Of a stretch of DNA of 64,000 bases, positions 21,383 through 35,661 are shown one piece after another. The notes below the pieces were generated by a model. The model was not told the origin of the DNA, searched no databases, and saw nothing but the letters and a program-made list of their open reading frames with translations. Position 1 is the stretch's first letter. Each line of letters opens with the position of its first letter. The DNA comes from Chrysomallon squamiferum (taxonomy: Eukaryota > Animalia > Mollusca). The stretch is taken from contig CM022668.1 in assembly GCA_012295275.1 (NCBI GenBank), forward strand, positions 15,500,001 to 15,564,000, written 5' to 3'. Position numbers and translations under genes: made by a program.

Positions 21383-22202
21383 CTATTCTTTTTCAGCTGC
21401 TGCTGCAGCCTTTGCTAAGGCTTTTTCTTTTGTTTCTTTTTCAACTATGGCCTTTATTCTTTTCCTGCTTTTCATCATTTCCACTCTGTTGCTATAAATT
21501 ATTTCTCGTGCTACACCAAAACTTCCCAAGCCTCCAAAGACAATGAAAAACCTACAACAGAAAAGAAGTTGTATTATGTTTATCAAATATATTTCATTGG
21601 TAATGTAAAAAAAAAATTAACGACTGTCATATTTTAAAAGTTTTACTTCTTATTTATATTTCAGTTTTGTAATGAAAGCGTTTGTGAAATAGCATCATAC
21701 AGTAATGTTACTGATTAACAAGAAATAATTTTATATTTTATTTCTTTTTTTATTTATTTTATTTCTCATCTTTCTCCAGTTTACAACTAGAGAACAAATG
21801 CTCGTCTTACCAATTCCTAATACGACCTGTAGGGCTATGATGCAAACTTGATGACAACGGTCACAATACGGTATAAATCATAACTTATACTTTTATACTA
21901 CAGCCTAATCAGGGCCCAATCAAGAACATTTATTTTAAAAAAGCAGAATACTGTCAGTTAAAAAAAATATATTTTTAATTATATTTAAACTTTTATAGTT
22001 TCTATTCATATTTAAAATATTCAACTTTTTATTTGTATAGAAAATAAGCAGCTTGCATCATAACCGAAACGTGCACGCAAAACATTAGAGTGCGAGTTGT
22101 CTCCGCTTCGAGCTTCCAATAATTCAGAAGAAAAAGTATTTATAAATATTTATTATATTCTTACCATCCAATTGCTATTTTTGTTCCTTTTGCAAGAGCC
22201 AT
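21383..22202 (-). CDS. 68-aa single-pass membrane microprotein, DUF4748-like
   Basis: Exons 22202-22165 and 21551-21383 (phase 2, GGA TG|gtaag...tag|G) give MALAKGTKIAIGWFFIVFGGLGSFGVAREIIYSNRVEMMKSRKRIKAIVEKETKEKALAKAAAAAEKE*. The GW-hydrophobic helix-AR-basic coil pattern resembles DUF4748 (family call from memory, not from a search). Confidence 0.8.
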
Positions 22203-22427
22203 TTTTAACTAAACAGACAGTCAATATATCATAAAATGTCAAAATGAGAATTCATGTAAAATAAATTTCCCAGAGCATCTGTCGGAGAACCAATGACCTC
22301 AGATTGTTATGGGAAATTACAACATTACAACCAAACCGGAAGTTATCTAGTTGATGTTTTAATACAAATAGTCTTTATGATCGAGACATCGAACCAACGT
22401 GTGAACTTAAAAAAAACAAGCAACAAA
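22203..22427. promoter_or_regulatory. Bidirectional promoter between the microprotein gene and AAMP
   Basis: Divergent ATGs only 225 bp apart. ETS/GABP motif CCGGAAGT at 22336-22343. Confidence 0.75.
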
Positions 22428-25377
22428 ATGAGCGACAAAGAGGCATGTGAAGACGAAAGTCTGTTTTCATACGAAGATATTGTCGAAGTCATTGAGTTAA
22501 ATAACGACGATTTTGCTGGTAATGAAACAATATTGTTGGTATTTAAAACCCGAGCCACGATATAACCATACGAATTTGATTAATCAGTCAATTTCTTTTT
22601 TTCACTTTAAATTTATAGTACTCATGACTTACCATCTTATGCACTGTCACTGTATCTGTAACTATGTTTTAGTTACAATTATTGAATTAATATTATAGGA
22701 ACTCATTAAATTATTATTGTTCTTATTTAATTTTATTTTTTATCGTAGTATTAATTGCACCTTTTTAAAAGCAGGTACAGATTCCTATCAAAACTTACTG
22801 TTCTGCACACCGACATTGTAACGTTTGTTAATTATTAATAATAATATTGTGTATCATGTGTATATAAATATTAATTACAAAATGAAGAAGGTTATAATAA
22901 ACAGTAAATCATTTAAGGCTTAGGCTTATATATAAAATTATTTTCCCCTATCCTTTTTACATATCAATTAAATCGTATTCTGATTACTCATAATCTGATA
23001 ATGATAATCATGCCTGGAAGTAGAAGTAGAAATGATAGAAATGTAGGCTATGTCACTATATGATATTTACTGTGTTTAACGTCCAATAACTGCCTGTAAT
23101 TAAATATGATTAATTTTTAAGCAAATATTCGCTGATTTGTTTCATTAATATTAAACGTAGATGTAGTACCTTCTCTTTGTAATCGATTTCATGTTATTAT
23201 TTATTTACAATTTGTTAAGTTCTAAATTTCAATTTAGTTTTGTTTCTGCAAGTTCCAAATTTATAAAAGATGGACAAATTAAATTCTATCTATATATCTC
23301 TGTCTGTCTGTCTTTCTATCTGTCTATATATCTATCTATATTGGTGTTTTTATTTTTTTTTTTTTTTTAAGGCAGAGTATATTATAAATTATTTGTATCT
23401 TAAACAAATGAGTGTAAGTGAATTGTCAAAGATTTCACATACACAAAATATTTTAATTAATTTATGTAAGTAACCTTTTGTAGAAAATGATGTGTATGAA
23501 CTTAACAAATAAGAAAAAGAGAGAATTTTATTTTTTTATTAATAATGGCAAACAATATTTGATAATAAAAAAAGAATTTTATTCATTAAAAGGATTGTTA
23601 TTTAGTATTTTACAGTACATGTAGATTAATGACAGCATATTCCTGTTTGTATTGTTGATACTGATAGTGTATGTCAATGCTTTCACCAATATTTCTTCAT
23701 TCTTTCTTTTCACAATGCACCTTATTAGTAAAATAAAGAGAGAGATCAACTTCCACTCTTATTTTCAATTAAAATTAATAAAAATATATAAATAATAATC
23801 CACAAACAATACTGAAATCAAACTTCATGCTGCATTTTAAAATTATAATTGTATTTTCTACTATAGAAAAACACTTGCTATATGGCACCAATTATTTTAC
23901 CCAGTTAAATTTATTTTGTAATAATCTTATGAATATATCAATTATATATTAGTCTTAAAATGTAGGTCACACACCAAACTTTACAAATATTCTCAGTCGT
24001 GTTAAGACAGAAATAAAATTTAGGAGATTCTAAAACAAAACAAAAAACTCATTTGTCCTTCATACAAAACTGAAAGCAGCTCAGTTCATTTCATCTCATT
24101 ACTATTAATAATAATATCTAGCACTTTAGGATGATACAAATTAAAAGGTTAACAAAAATAAAAGTAAAAACATTACAAATAACAAAAAAAATTCACACCA
24201 TAACAAAACTACAGGTCTGGTTTAACTGAAGAATGGTATATTTTTCAGTTTTAATATAATCTGAAAAACAGTTTTAATGAAATTAAAGTACTGTTTTTTT
24301 TATATTTTTTTAATGAAAAGTAAAAAAGAAAGGTCTTCTTGATTAACAGCAGATATGAAATTGTGAGACTGTTTTGAATAAATATATGTGGCACATATTG
24401 ATATAGGCCTTAATAAAAAAAAAAAAAAAAAAAAATGGTCTATTTAGAAAATTACAATTTAAAGACCTAATTTTCCAAAAACAAATCATCTCAACCGATA
24501 CATATATTTCACATAATAACAAATTTATATGCCTTGGACACAAAAAAAGCACAATAATGTCCTATCTCAACAGTCTTTTTGTTTTGTCCCTCCATTGTTT
24601 TTTTTTTTTATGTACAAGCAAACTGTTTGAAAAGTTTCTCAAGAACTCTTGGCTGTGTGCAGTTTCTGGTTGTCAGCTGCTACAGCTTCTCTAATTTTCT
24701 TTTTTGTTTTTCTGATGTTTCCACCAGTGGAACAGAACTGCAGATAAATCATGTGAGCAGCTATGCCTGTAGGGAAAAGTATGGCCCTGAAAAATAATAG
24801 ATAATATATATATGACATTCCCACTCATCATTTACCTTAGAGATTTTTATAGAACAAAAAACCCATACGTTTCTTGAATTGTAAGTGTTATATGCTGCAA
24901 ACTGATAATAATTAATATATTTGTATCCACTACTTTTTTTTATTTCTTACAAATATTTGTTTGTTGTTGTTGCTGTTATTTTAAAATTATTATTATTATT
25001 ACTTAGTTTTTAATTTAGTTATATACATGTTTTTATTATTATTATAATGTTTTGTTGTTATTTTTTTTCAATATAATTTAGACATTTTTTTTTGCATATC
25101 AAAACATATCCTCACAAACAAAATAAAAATAAAATCGTAAAAAGCATTTAGTGTTTACGGATATTGATTCATTTGAACATATTTTTGACTTCATTACAAA
25201 TTGTTCAAAAAATAATTCTGGCTATGTATATATTATCTCAAAATTTACTTTAATGTAAGTTAGTTGTTCTGGCCTGTAAATAATCACCTCAACTACTAGT
25301 ACTATTACTAACGATAACAATTAGATAAATACTGAGGTGTCTAAAATACATACGCTAATTCATATAAATGACATACA

Positions 25378-25425
<48 letters not shown>

Positions 25426-26381
25426 AATGTTTATTTCACTATTATAATATTTTTTGTAAATCATATAGGTGTTCTAAATACTTTGCATTGCATTTGATTA
25501 TTACATCATGATACATCAAATTGTTACGATGATGGGCACCTCACACAAACTAATCAAGAGAGATTGTCCTTTATTCGTTTCAACAAAAGAAGCTATTAGT
25601 TTAAAATTGTTATCATTTATCTATCTGTATATTTTATATTGGAAATTAATATTTCAGCATTAAAATCATTATTACCGAATTAAAAATGCGAACGTGCTTG
25701 AAAATGCGTGCTAACAGGAATTACCTCCCATATTACCATTATCAGAAAATAATTATTATTAAATATTTCTTTTAGATCTTACCATCCAGTAGTTATTTTG
25801 GCTACTTTTCCTAAGCGGTTCCATTTGTGCACTAAAGGCTTCAGAGCGTCGGGTATCTTCATAATGTTTATTTGTGTCGGAAGGACAAACAGACGATGCT
25901 TTCGAGCAAGATGCAATAGTCTGTTGTAAACCGGAAGTAAACAACAAGGTGCTCTTTGGGTTGTCACAATTTAACGAATAATTTCAAAAGTTTTTAGTTT
26001 CATCTAACTTCAACCGAAAACGACTAAAAACTATATTGAAAACTCAAATAATATCAGTTAGTCGAATAATAATTAGTTAAAAGTAAGTTTAGATATTTTT
26101 TTAGCCTCGCCTTCTAGATTGCATTTAGTGATTTACTAATTTACGATAGTGACTTATTTTCGGAGAAACGCTGTTTAACTATTTTTGTATCACTGCTGTT
26201 ATTGGCTGCACAGTGCGTTACAGTATCATCTAGTATAAGCTTTGCAATAGGTCAACAATTTGTGTGAGATACCCGACATCGTAACAATTTGATGTATCAT
26301 GATGTAATAATTAAATGCAATGCAAAGTATTTAGAACACCTATGTGACTTACAAAACATATTATAATAGTGAAATAAACAT

Positions 26382-26430
<49 letters not shown>

Positions 26431-26459
26431 TAATACAAGTAATGATGTATGTGTGATGA

Positions 26460-26494
<35 letters not shown>

Positions 26495-29400
26495 CTTTAT
26501 GTTCTCATTATATTGTATAATATAATCTTTGTAACTGCAGACGATGAATATGAAGAAGAAGAGGATGATGAAGATTACCATGAAAACGAACACAATAATG
26601 AGACTGAAACAGAAATGCAGGCAACTGTTGACACCAATTTTACAGATGCTGAAACAACTGTGGTGTTTTCAGGCCACAAAGGTAAATTTTAATTTTAATT
26701 CACAAATTGTTTGATTATTTTATTAAGAGTGAAGTATCATTTATTTATTTATTTATTCATTTATTTATTTATTTCCCCTAGATACAGTTTTCTGTGTCCG
26801 GATTGATCCACTTACTTCGAATTATGCAGTGACAGGTGGGCAGGATGACAAAGCTTTTGTCTGGGATGTGAAGACAGGTGAAACTGTGTTTGAGTGTACA
26901 GGTCAGTGGATACCAAGGTTTTCTTTCTATTTTTTACTTAAACAAATCCAGCAGGATGTTTTAATATTGCATTCCTGTCCTAGATTATCATGTTTTAAAG
27001 ATTACTGAAATAGTCTACGAGTTGAAACCTGCTTTATTTGTTAAACAACAATGAGGGATGTATTCCTAATTTATTATGTTTCTCTGTGTGTCTGTCTGTC
27101 AGAGTGGGTGGGTGGGTGGATGGATGGATGTCTGCACTTCTCTTTCTCTCCCCTTCCCCCTTCATTTTCAAATAAAAAATTCATAACAATAATTAAAAAA
27201 ATTAAAAACCTAAATACATGTTTTCAACATCATTGTCTTTCTTTTCTATCTTTGCTTAAATCAAAAATTTATTTATTTATTGTTATTTTTTTATTATTAT
27301 ATTTTTTTTTTTTTTTTTTTTTGACAGACCATGCAGAGTCTGTGACTGCTGTAGGGTTTAGTCAGGATGGGAAGTACGTTGCTACGGGAGATCTTGGGGG
27401 GTTGCTGCAGGTGTGGGACATGGCCACAAGGGAACAGATTTGGAAGTTTGAATGCAGCGACATTGAGGTGAAGTGGAATCATGATGATGATGATGATGAT
27501 TAATAATAATTGATTTTGAATATCATGACATTAATAAAAATGATACTGATAATAATGTTATTTGCATTGTTAATAATGAAAATGATGTTGATGATGTTAA
27601 TGATGATTAAGTTGATATTAATGAAAATGATATTGATGATAAGCACGATACTGATGATGAGGATGATATATGACGATGTTGCTGAGGAAATGCATTTTTA
27701 TTTTAAGAATGTTCATCCAGATTTAAGAGTAAAATTTAAATGCATTTCAAAATATAGTCATTCCCAACTGAGGGATATATTTATATGTAATTTTAGAACT
27801 TTATAATTAATTACATTTTATAAATTTATTTGTTTGTTTATTAAATTTACAGTGGTTGCTATGGCTACCAACAGAACCTGTCTTACTAGCTGGTACTGCA
27901 GATGGAGACACCTGGGTGTGGACACTGTCTACTAAGGACACTAAGATCCTTTATGGACAGGGGACAGGCTCAGTCTGTGGTGCTATTTGTCCAGATGGTA
28001 TGTGATTTATTTTATCTGTAAGAAAAATAGTAGTTGTAGTAGTAATAGCAGTAGTTGTAGCAATTGTAGTAATACATGTCATTTATTTTTTTTTTTTTTT
28101 TTTAATTAGGAAAACGAGCTTGTATTGGCTACAAAGACGGAATCATCAAAGTGTGGAATTTAGAAACTGGGTCATGTTTACACACATTCACAGGTAAACA
28201 AACAGTTAAATGGCTATTAACCTACATCTGCCTTCTTAATATTAATGTTACTGAACTTTCAAACACATCTCACCTATCAGATTTCTAATAAAAGATTTTT
28301 AATTATAAACTTTCATCATATATATTTATTAACTTAGTCTGTTTGAATTTGCAACAAGGAATTCTGAAAAAAGGATTTTTAATTACGAACTATATCGTAT
28401 GCACTTAATAACTTAGTTTGTTTTAATTTACATCAGCAATTACTTCACAAATAATAATATGACTTGATATGATATGATATATATATGATATATATATCAT
28501 ATGACATATGATATAATATACAACATGACATGTAATATACATGATATGCACACATGCACTATGCTACATTACGGTTTTCCTTTTCAGGTAGAGATGCACA
28601 TACATCCAGTGTAGTGAGTTTGGACTGTTGCCATGACAACACACTGGCTGTCAGTGGGTCAGCAGACAACACAGCAAAATTATTTAATACTGCTACAGGA
28701 AAGGTAAAATTTTATTTTCAACATTTGCTGTATGTTAGAAATAAAATTGAAATACTAGTCAGCTATTCTTTATTGAACATTTTTGTGAATGATAATAGTT
28801 TAGAAAAATTATTTGTAATTATTTGTAAACTTCTATCACATAAAATTAAAAAATGTTTATATATATATCTATATATATCTACTTCTTTTTACAAATATAC
28901 ACATTTATTTACACATCTTTCTTTTCCAAATTTACATTTATGAATATATTTTCTTCTATTTTTGCATTTACACCCTTGTATATATGTAAATTCAGAAATA
29001 GAAGATAGATATATATACATATATGTGTGTTTCTGTTTGTAAGTACAGAAAGAGAAGAAGATATATAGATAAATATGAATTTAGAAAAATATGTATATAT
29101 CTACATCTATTCGCATGCTTACATTGTTTTATCAGTGTGTGTATATCGACTTCTGATTTTGTCTTTTATTGTTTTCTTTCTGTATATATATATTAACATT
29201 TTCATATCTAATCTGTATTTATCTTTATTATTCTTCTTCAGGTATTAGCTACATTTAGCTGTAAAAGCAGATCAGATCCTTCGAAAATTGAATCAGTCGA
29301 AACTGTTGGCTTTTCAAAAGTGTAAGTAACTATCTGTTTGTGATCACAGCTTTCTAACTGTTTTGGGTGCATCAGATACCAAACAAGCAGCTTGATTATA

Positions 29401-29567
29401 TTTATAATGATTATTTCAGTGCAATTATTTTGTTCTTACTGATTAATCTTTGCTAATAATAAAGGATGATAATAAAAAAAAAAATTGTCAAGCATTTGTG
29501 GATAAATGAATCTATGATTTGTGAAGATGTGTGGACCATACATTGCATCATTTTTTCAGATAACATT

Positions 29568-29598
<31 letters not shown>

Positions 29599-29600
29599 CT

Positions 29601-29638
<38 letters not shown>

Positions 29639-31362
29639 GAGAATGTATTGATCTTATATTTTATGGTTTATTATTTATTTTTTTTTTTTTTTTCATTTTC
29701 ATTTTTTTTTTTTCAGGATGCCCTGGGTTGCTACTGGAAACTTGGCAGGGGTTTTAGAAATCTGGGATGTTTCGTCTCAGACAGTGAGACAAAAATGCCA
29801 TCATGAGGTAAAGAGAAATATTTACAACAACCAAAAAAAAATAATTGTTGTATTTCTCTTTATTTTAATCATGATTCTCTCGACAGCTTCTATTCAAATG
29901 CTGTTACAACCATTACAACTATTACTAATATTATTTTAAATTTTACAACACCTACTACCATCAGCAGTTACTATTATTCCTACTAAAATGTATACTACTA
30001 CTGCTTCTGATGCTACTACTGTTATTATTACTACTGCTATCATTACCACTACTCTACAGCTACTACTACTACTTTAATAATCATAAAGAGTTATGTTAAT
30101 TCTTCTTCATCTTCCAGGAAGGAATTGTAAAACTGAAATGGCATTCAGACTCTCCTCTCATCTTCACAGCCAGTCTTGACGGATGTATGAGACAGTGGGA
30201 CGCACGGAATGGCAGTAATCTGTTTACTCTGCAGTGTCACCCGTTAGAGATTCTAGACTTTGATATTTCCAGGTAAAGATAATTCTAAAATTAACATTTT
30301 GCTTAATGGTGCAGTATCTAAGTGTACATTTTTATCTTGAGATAAATGAATGTGATAAATTGTATGTGGAGACAATTGACTACAGTAAACTTACATCTTA
30401 ATAGAAAGTATGATAAATTTATGTTTTGAGTTAAAGAATTATGATAAATTCATGTCTTGAGAGAAACAAGTATGATAAATGGATATCTTGAGATGAAATA
30501 ACTGTCAGGTGAAAAATAACTGTGTAAAGTTATGTCTTGAAATTTTTACTTCCCCTGAACCTAATGTGATTCTAAATATTATAAAAATTAATAAAAAAAA
30601 TTAAAAATCTCAAGTTTTTATCTAAATATTTTCATCAGTCCAGTACAGTGTCAGCATTTTCTGATTTTTACCATTGTTCAGATTTTTTGCTGTTCCATTA
30701 GTAATGAAAGGGTTAAAGCACATCATTATATTTGTGAAAATATTACTACACAATGTAGTTGATAGAAAATATTTCAAATATATGGTCATGCTAGGCAAAG
30801 TCTTTGCTGCTTATGATGTACTATAATTAGTAGTATCTCACTGGACTGCTACAAATTGTGAATGGCATTCACAAAGGAGTTTCCAAAAATCTTGAAATGT
30901 TTCTGCAGGTTTTTAATTTCCTCACAAGAGTCGCAGGGCCTTGCTCTCATGTCCCTGAAATTACAAAATAGTCACAGAGACGATACAGGTGTGAACTGCC
31001 CCTGAGACCTGTGGCAGCACAACAAAACTGCGAGTCAGTTGGGAATAAATTGCAATGATAAACTGCAATTTCTCCCTATGATCGCAAATTTTCTGGATAC
31101 GCAAATGTATCATATGTACAAGTCAGAGTGGTTCCAACAGAAATTGTTGCCAGTTCACATATTTTTTCACAATTTTGTGTCTCCAACTGATCATGATCTG
31201 TCTCAGCCCAGTGACATACTACCTTTTATGAAATTCCTCAAATTCAGGTTCTTTTTTTTTCTTTTCTTTTTTTTTACTTTTCACAGCAGAGGAAATTTCA
31301 TCGCCACTGTATCAGAAGACAGCAAAGCTAAAATATTTCCCATTCCAACCTTGGACAGATGA
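22428..31362 (+). CDS. AAMP: Angio-associated migratory cell protein (WD40; Sqt1-like uL16 chaperone), ~412 aa, 11 exons
   Basis: Exons 22428-22518, 26541-26681, 26782-26901, 27328-27467, 27853-27997, 28110-28193, 28588-28703, 29242-29321, 29717-29807, 30118-30272 and 31287-31362 splice in frame. Acidic N-terminus (EDIVEVIEL), then FSGHKDTVFCV...[13 protein letters not shown]...[34 protein letters not shown]...SDIEWLLW...[13 protein letters not shown]...SVETVGFS...GIVKLKW...[12 protein letters not shown]. Confidence 0.92.
24639..25862 (-). CDS. 75-aa microprotein, paralogue of the 21383-22202 gene, nested in AAMP intron 1
   Basis: Exons 25862-25783 and 24786-24639 (phase 2, GGA TG|gtaag...cag|G) give [75 protein letters not shown]. 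The intron splits the same GW Trp codon as in the 68-aa gene. Confidence 0.72.
25863..26088. promoter_or_regulatory. Second ETS-type promoter inside AAMP intron 1
   Basis: AAACCGGAAGT (CCGGAAGT 25931-25938) has the same context and orientation as the copy at 22333-22343. CpG-enriched patch. Plus-strand donor AA|GTAAGT at 26082/26083. Confidence 0.55.
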
Positions 31363-31569
31363 TTTAAGTTTTGTGTTTGTGCAGTGAAAAGAAAATACTG
31401 AACTACAAGACTGTTATCAACTCTGACTATGCAAAGTGCACTATGGTACGAAAAGAAAAATTCATTTTAAACAAAACCCAAAGAAAACAGTAAATATCCA
31501 ACTGATAGTTGTTTGCTATGACACTGTGGAATTGTTTCTTGTGAGGCTAAGATTTGTTTTTAAGAAGGA

Positions 31570-31985
31570 AATGATGCTGACATGACATTGATTGTTACTC
31601 CTACTGAAGGTTACTCCTACCAGACTGATGACTAGTCTGATGTGGTTTATTGTTATTGCTACCACACAACTCCATATTTCTAATAAAGGTCCAATTACTC
31701 CTATCACATTAATGGTTACACTGTTTTTAATCTTTGTCAGCTGTCAGTTACTGAGGTGTGATTATTATTTATACCAGTCTAGTGCTTTCTTGCAGTAACT
31801 TGTTGTTACTCTTACCAAATTCATAGTTACTCCTACCAAACTGATTGTTACTCATTACTCAAATGTGGTTATTATACTATCACTACCAGTCTACTTCTTA
31901 TTAGGAGTGACTTCTGGAGTAATTCCTGCCAAGCGTGTGGTTACTCCTACCAGATTGGTAGTTACTCCCACCTATCTGGTTAATC
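31570..31985. repeat. Degenerate short tandem repeat in the AAMP 3' UTR
   Basis: Recurring GTTACTCCTAC(C/T)A..CTG motif (e.g. ~31593, 31610, 31826, 31940, 31962). AATAAA at ~32007. Confidence 0.55.
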
Positions 31986-33939
31986 ACGGAGTGCTGTTGA
32001 TGACATAATAAAGCTTTATGTTCCAAGACTTCTCAAAAAGGTAAATAATCAATATCTGTGTCATTAGCCTGTTCGAACATTTTTTTTTTTTATTTATTTA
32101 TATATTTATATATATATATATATATATATATTTTTTTCTTTTCTGCTGGGCATTAAGTTCATCATAAAATTCTCTGATGTAATTAATTTATAATAAAACT
32201 AAAAATAACAGTGGGAATGAAAACGCCTCTTTGGGGTATTGATCCAGTGGCATTGTTTATTTAAAGGTCCTTCACATATGAACCTTGCCTTTCCATTAAT
32301 TCTAAAAAGAAATTTACTGTCTAGTTTGGAACATAAAATTATAAAAAGATTTTGTAACAGCATGAAAAAGTAAAAAGGTGGACAGAGTTACAGTCTAGAT
32401 TTATAATTTCTGTGCCATGTTGTTTTCTGTTATTAATAAAACAGTGGATATTGTTATGTTGTTATTTATTTAATTATTTGTTTGTTTGGTTTGTTTGTTT
32501 TATTATTATTAACAATTTATATTATTGTCATTTTATTTATTTTTGTTTTGTTGTTTTAATTCTATTCTGTACTTAATTATATATATATTTTTAAATCTTT
32601 TATATATATATATAATTTTATTTTATTCTATTATATTCTATTCTATAACTAGTTCGTTTTTTTTTTTTTTATTTTTTTTTTTTTTTTTTTTCTTCTTCTT
32701 CTTCTATTTTCTTAACTAATCATAAATTGATTTTATTTCTAAACTTCTCCTTAATATAACAACTGCTCCTCCTACAGGAAATCCAAGATCCGACTAATCG
32801 ATAAACAACTGCGGTGGATAGGAAAGTGTGTGTTTAGTGCATTCTTCAATTATTGGCTGTACCCATTAGTATTACCCGTTGTATACGAGAAACAGGATAG
32901 GGTCTGGATTGTAAAATGAAGTGAAAATCAAAGAAAAAGAAATTTAAAAAAAATATATAGACAAAAATTAAGAGAAAACAAAGTAACATTAACCTCAAAC
33001 ATGAAAAAAAGTCAACGACAAAAAAACTTTTTTCGTGGTAATGAAATTCATTAGATATTTTTTATTATTATTTTTATTTATTTATTTATTTATTTATTTA
33101 TGATTATTTAAAAAAATAATAATAATAATAAAAAATGCTTCGCCGTCGTTTAGCTGAATAGATGGTCATGAAGTGAACGCATCCATTCATTTCAAAACTA
33201 ACAAAGGCAATGCATGTCAGCTAGATTTTATTATCAATGTCAAATGTTTTAACGCACGTAATCTGTAAATTACCAAATGACCTGGAAAATATCTTATTAA
33301 AACCAAAACAAAAAAAACAACAAAAAAACCCCAAACTTTTATTCAATTTTTGCCAATTGATAGACATGACTCATGAGATAACAAATATGCCTTAATACAC
33401 TCAAAAACATTTCTAAACAAACGAAGCTTCAGGTACCAATTGTTTTCCTGTTTCTGTCGCCTCTTTTGAAATCCGTCGTCTGTTTAATTAATGTTTGCTC
33501 TGTTAATGGCGTTCTTGTTCCCAACCATTTACTATTTTCAACTTATTTGAAATGTTGTTTGTTGTCAGACGCGAACTATTAATAGCTCTAGACTGGTCCT
33601 CTTCGTTAGTTTAATTTCCGGTAGATTTTAACAGCCCAAGATACTTTCTTCTTTTTACATTAATTTCTGCCCTCTGGATAAAACTCTTGAGTATTGATAA
33701 TGAGGCTGCCTGTTCGACGACATTGTTAATTTAAAGATGTAAGACTGATACCAGAAAAGGAAAATAAATTTGTTTTGGCCTCTGCTGTTGCAATATTACG
33801 AATAGGACTGGTGGTTTAAAACAACAATGTGCATGTCCACATTTAAACAAATAAATTAATTAATTAATAATAATAAATTAGAAAGAGTTGGAACCAAAAG
33901 TCTTAGCTGTGTAATTACTATGAATTTTTAAAACAACCT

Positions 33940-34019
<80 letters not shown>

Positions 34020-35153
34020 AATAAATAAATAATAATAATAATAGCTACAACAACAACAATAATAACCATAACGATCGTAACGATTATGATATGGTATCGA
34101 TAGCAACAACAATGATAATGGTGATGACGATAATAGATTGTTATAATAATTATATCAATTATAATGGCAGCAATAAGAACACAAATTTATTTCGACAAAA
34201 ATAATTTATTGTCATTTATGTCAAATCAATTCTGGTTTCATTTAAAGATAGGACTATTATAATGCTTAATAACTGGAAATTATGTGGCTTTGCAATTTAA
34301 TCAAAATGACCGGTTACATGCCTGAACTAATTAAAAATGTATAACTATTTCCAATTTCTGTTAAGAAATATAATAATATCTTTCTGATTGTGGCATTTTT
34401 ACTGTTATTATACGGGTCAAGCTTCGAAGATCGCAGAGGCAATTTACACATTAATTGAGCGTAATTTGAATCACAGAATAAATTTTTATTTATTTATTTT
34501 ATTATTTTTTGTTTTTGTTTTCGTTTTACATTGGTAATACGTTATGTTTGCTAATATTACACTGATGCCAAGCTTCATTGCTTGAAAAGTCTGGCTTTTA
34601 TAATTATTACATAATTATGATTACGGATCGATATTTAGATTTCTGTCATAATTTTCAGGCAGTGCTAATCAATATGTATATATAAATAAAGCTGATTTAT
34701 ATAGTAATACTGAGAGCGACTTCCGTTGGATTACAATAATTCTGACTTTATTTTGGCTTCATGCAAAAAAAAAACTCAGCCATTTACGGTCCAGACTTTT
34801 TAATAAAACAAACAATACGATAATTCAGTTTGACATTTGTGACTTTATTTTGCCTTTCTGCACAAAAATCGTAAACATTCGCGGTTCGGAAGTTTTAATA
34901 AAACAAACAGTATGACACCGTTTTCACTATCGGCCTGTGTAATTGTTGCTTGTTTTTGAGTTATGAAGGATTTAAAGCGATAGTGGGTTTCTATGAACAT
35001 GCGTACTTGAACCGTTTTACAGTTATACGGTTGTAAATGAGGTGTTCAATATAATTTAAAATAATGCAGTTTTAAAAGGATCCATATAACGACTTTGCTG
35101 ATTTTAATCACTATATTTTAACACTAGATGTGAGTAGCTTCTTAGAATTTCAC

Positions 35154-35211
<58 letters not shown>

Positions 35212-35661
35212 GTAATAATAATATGGTGGCGATGAAATACGGTAATCACCATTTTAAAAACATTCTTTGACGAGATAACAATGCCAGTGATAGATAACAC
35301 AGTTCCTGGGACTCATTGCTTTTGAGTTAAATAATCAAAAAATTCTTGTTATTTGTTGTTGTTACGTTCTTAAATAAAACATCTCCAAAAAGTCAGTATA
35401 TATATATATCATTAAAACATTTTCTTAAAACATTCGTATCATCAAAATATGTATCCGTTCATCAACGCCATCTTCCCTTATTTCGTTATCTTTTTGCACA
35501 GGAACGGGATAAATTATTAAAATGAATTTTGCATCAGCGAGAAAGCCTATCGCAAATACGATCATTATGTGCTAACATTTAGAGCGTAATAATGACTTTG
35601 TCACATCATTTATTGAACTAATTTCTTCCATGGTCGTTGGATCACAAAGTCACAACTTCTG

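Noticed and set aside
30620-31220. Possible DNA-transposon remnant in AAMP intron 10 (AGGGTTAA end at ~30709-30716; GC-richer 30830-31220)
   Set aside because: No matching inverted terminus, target-site duplication or transposase found.
32770-33840. GC/CpG-richer intergenic patches with faint LINE-like peptides (e.g. KQLRWIG)
   Set aside because: Too short and stop-ridden to call a mobile element without a repeat-library search.
34744-34916. ~96-bp diverged direct duplication (similar small duplication at ~62498-62630)
   Set aside because: Ordinary local duplications with no associated feature.
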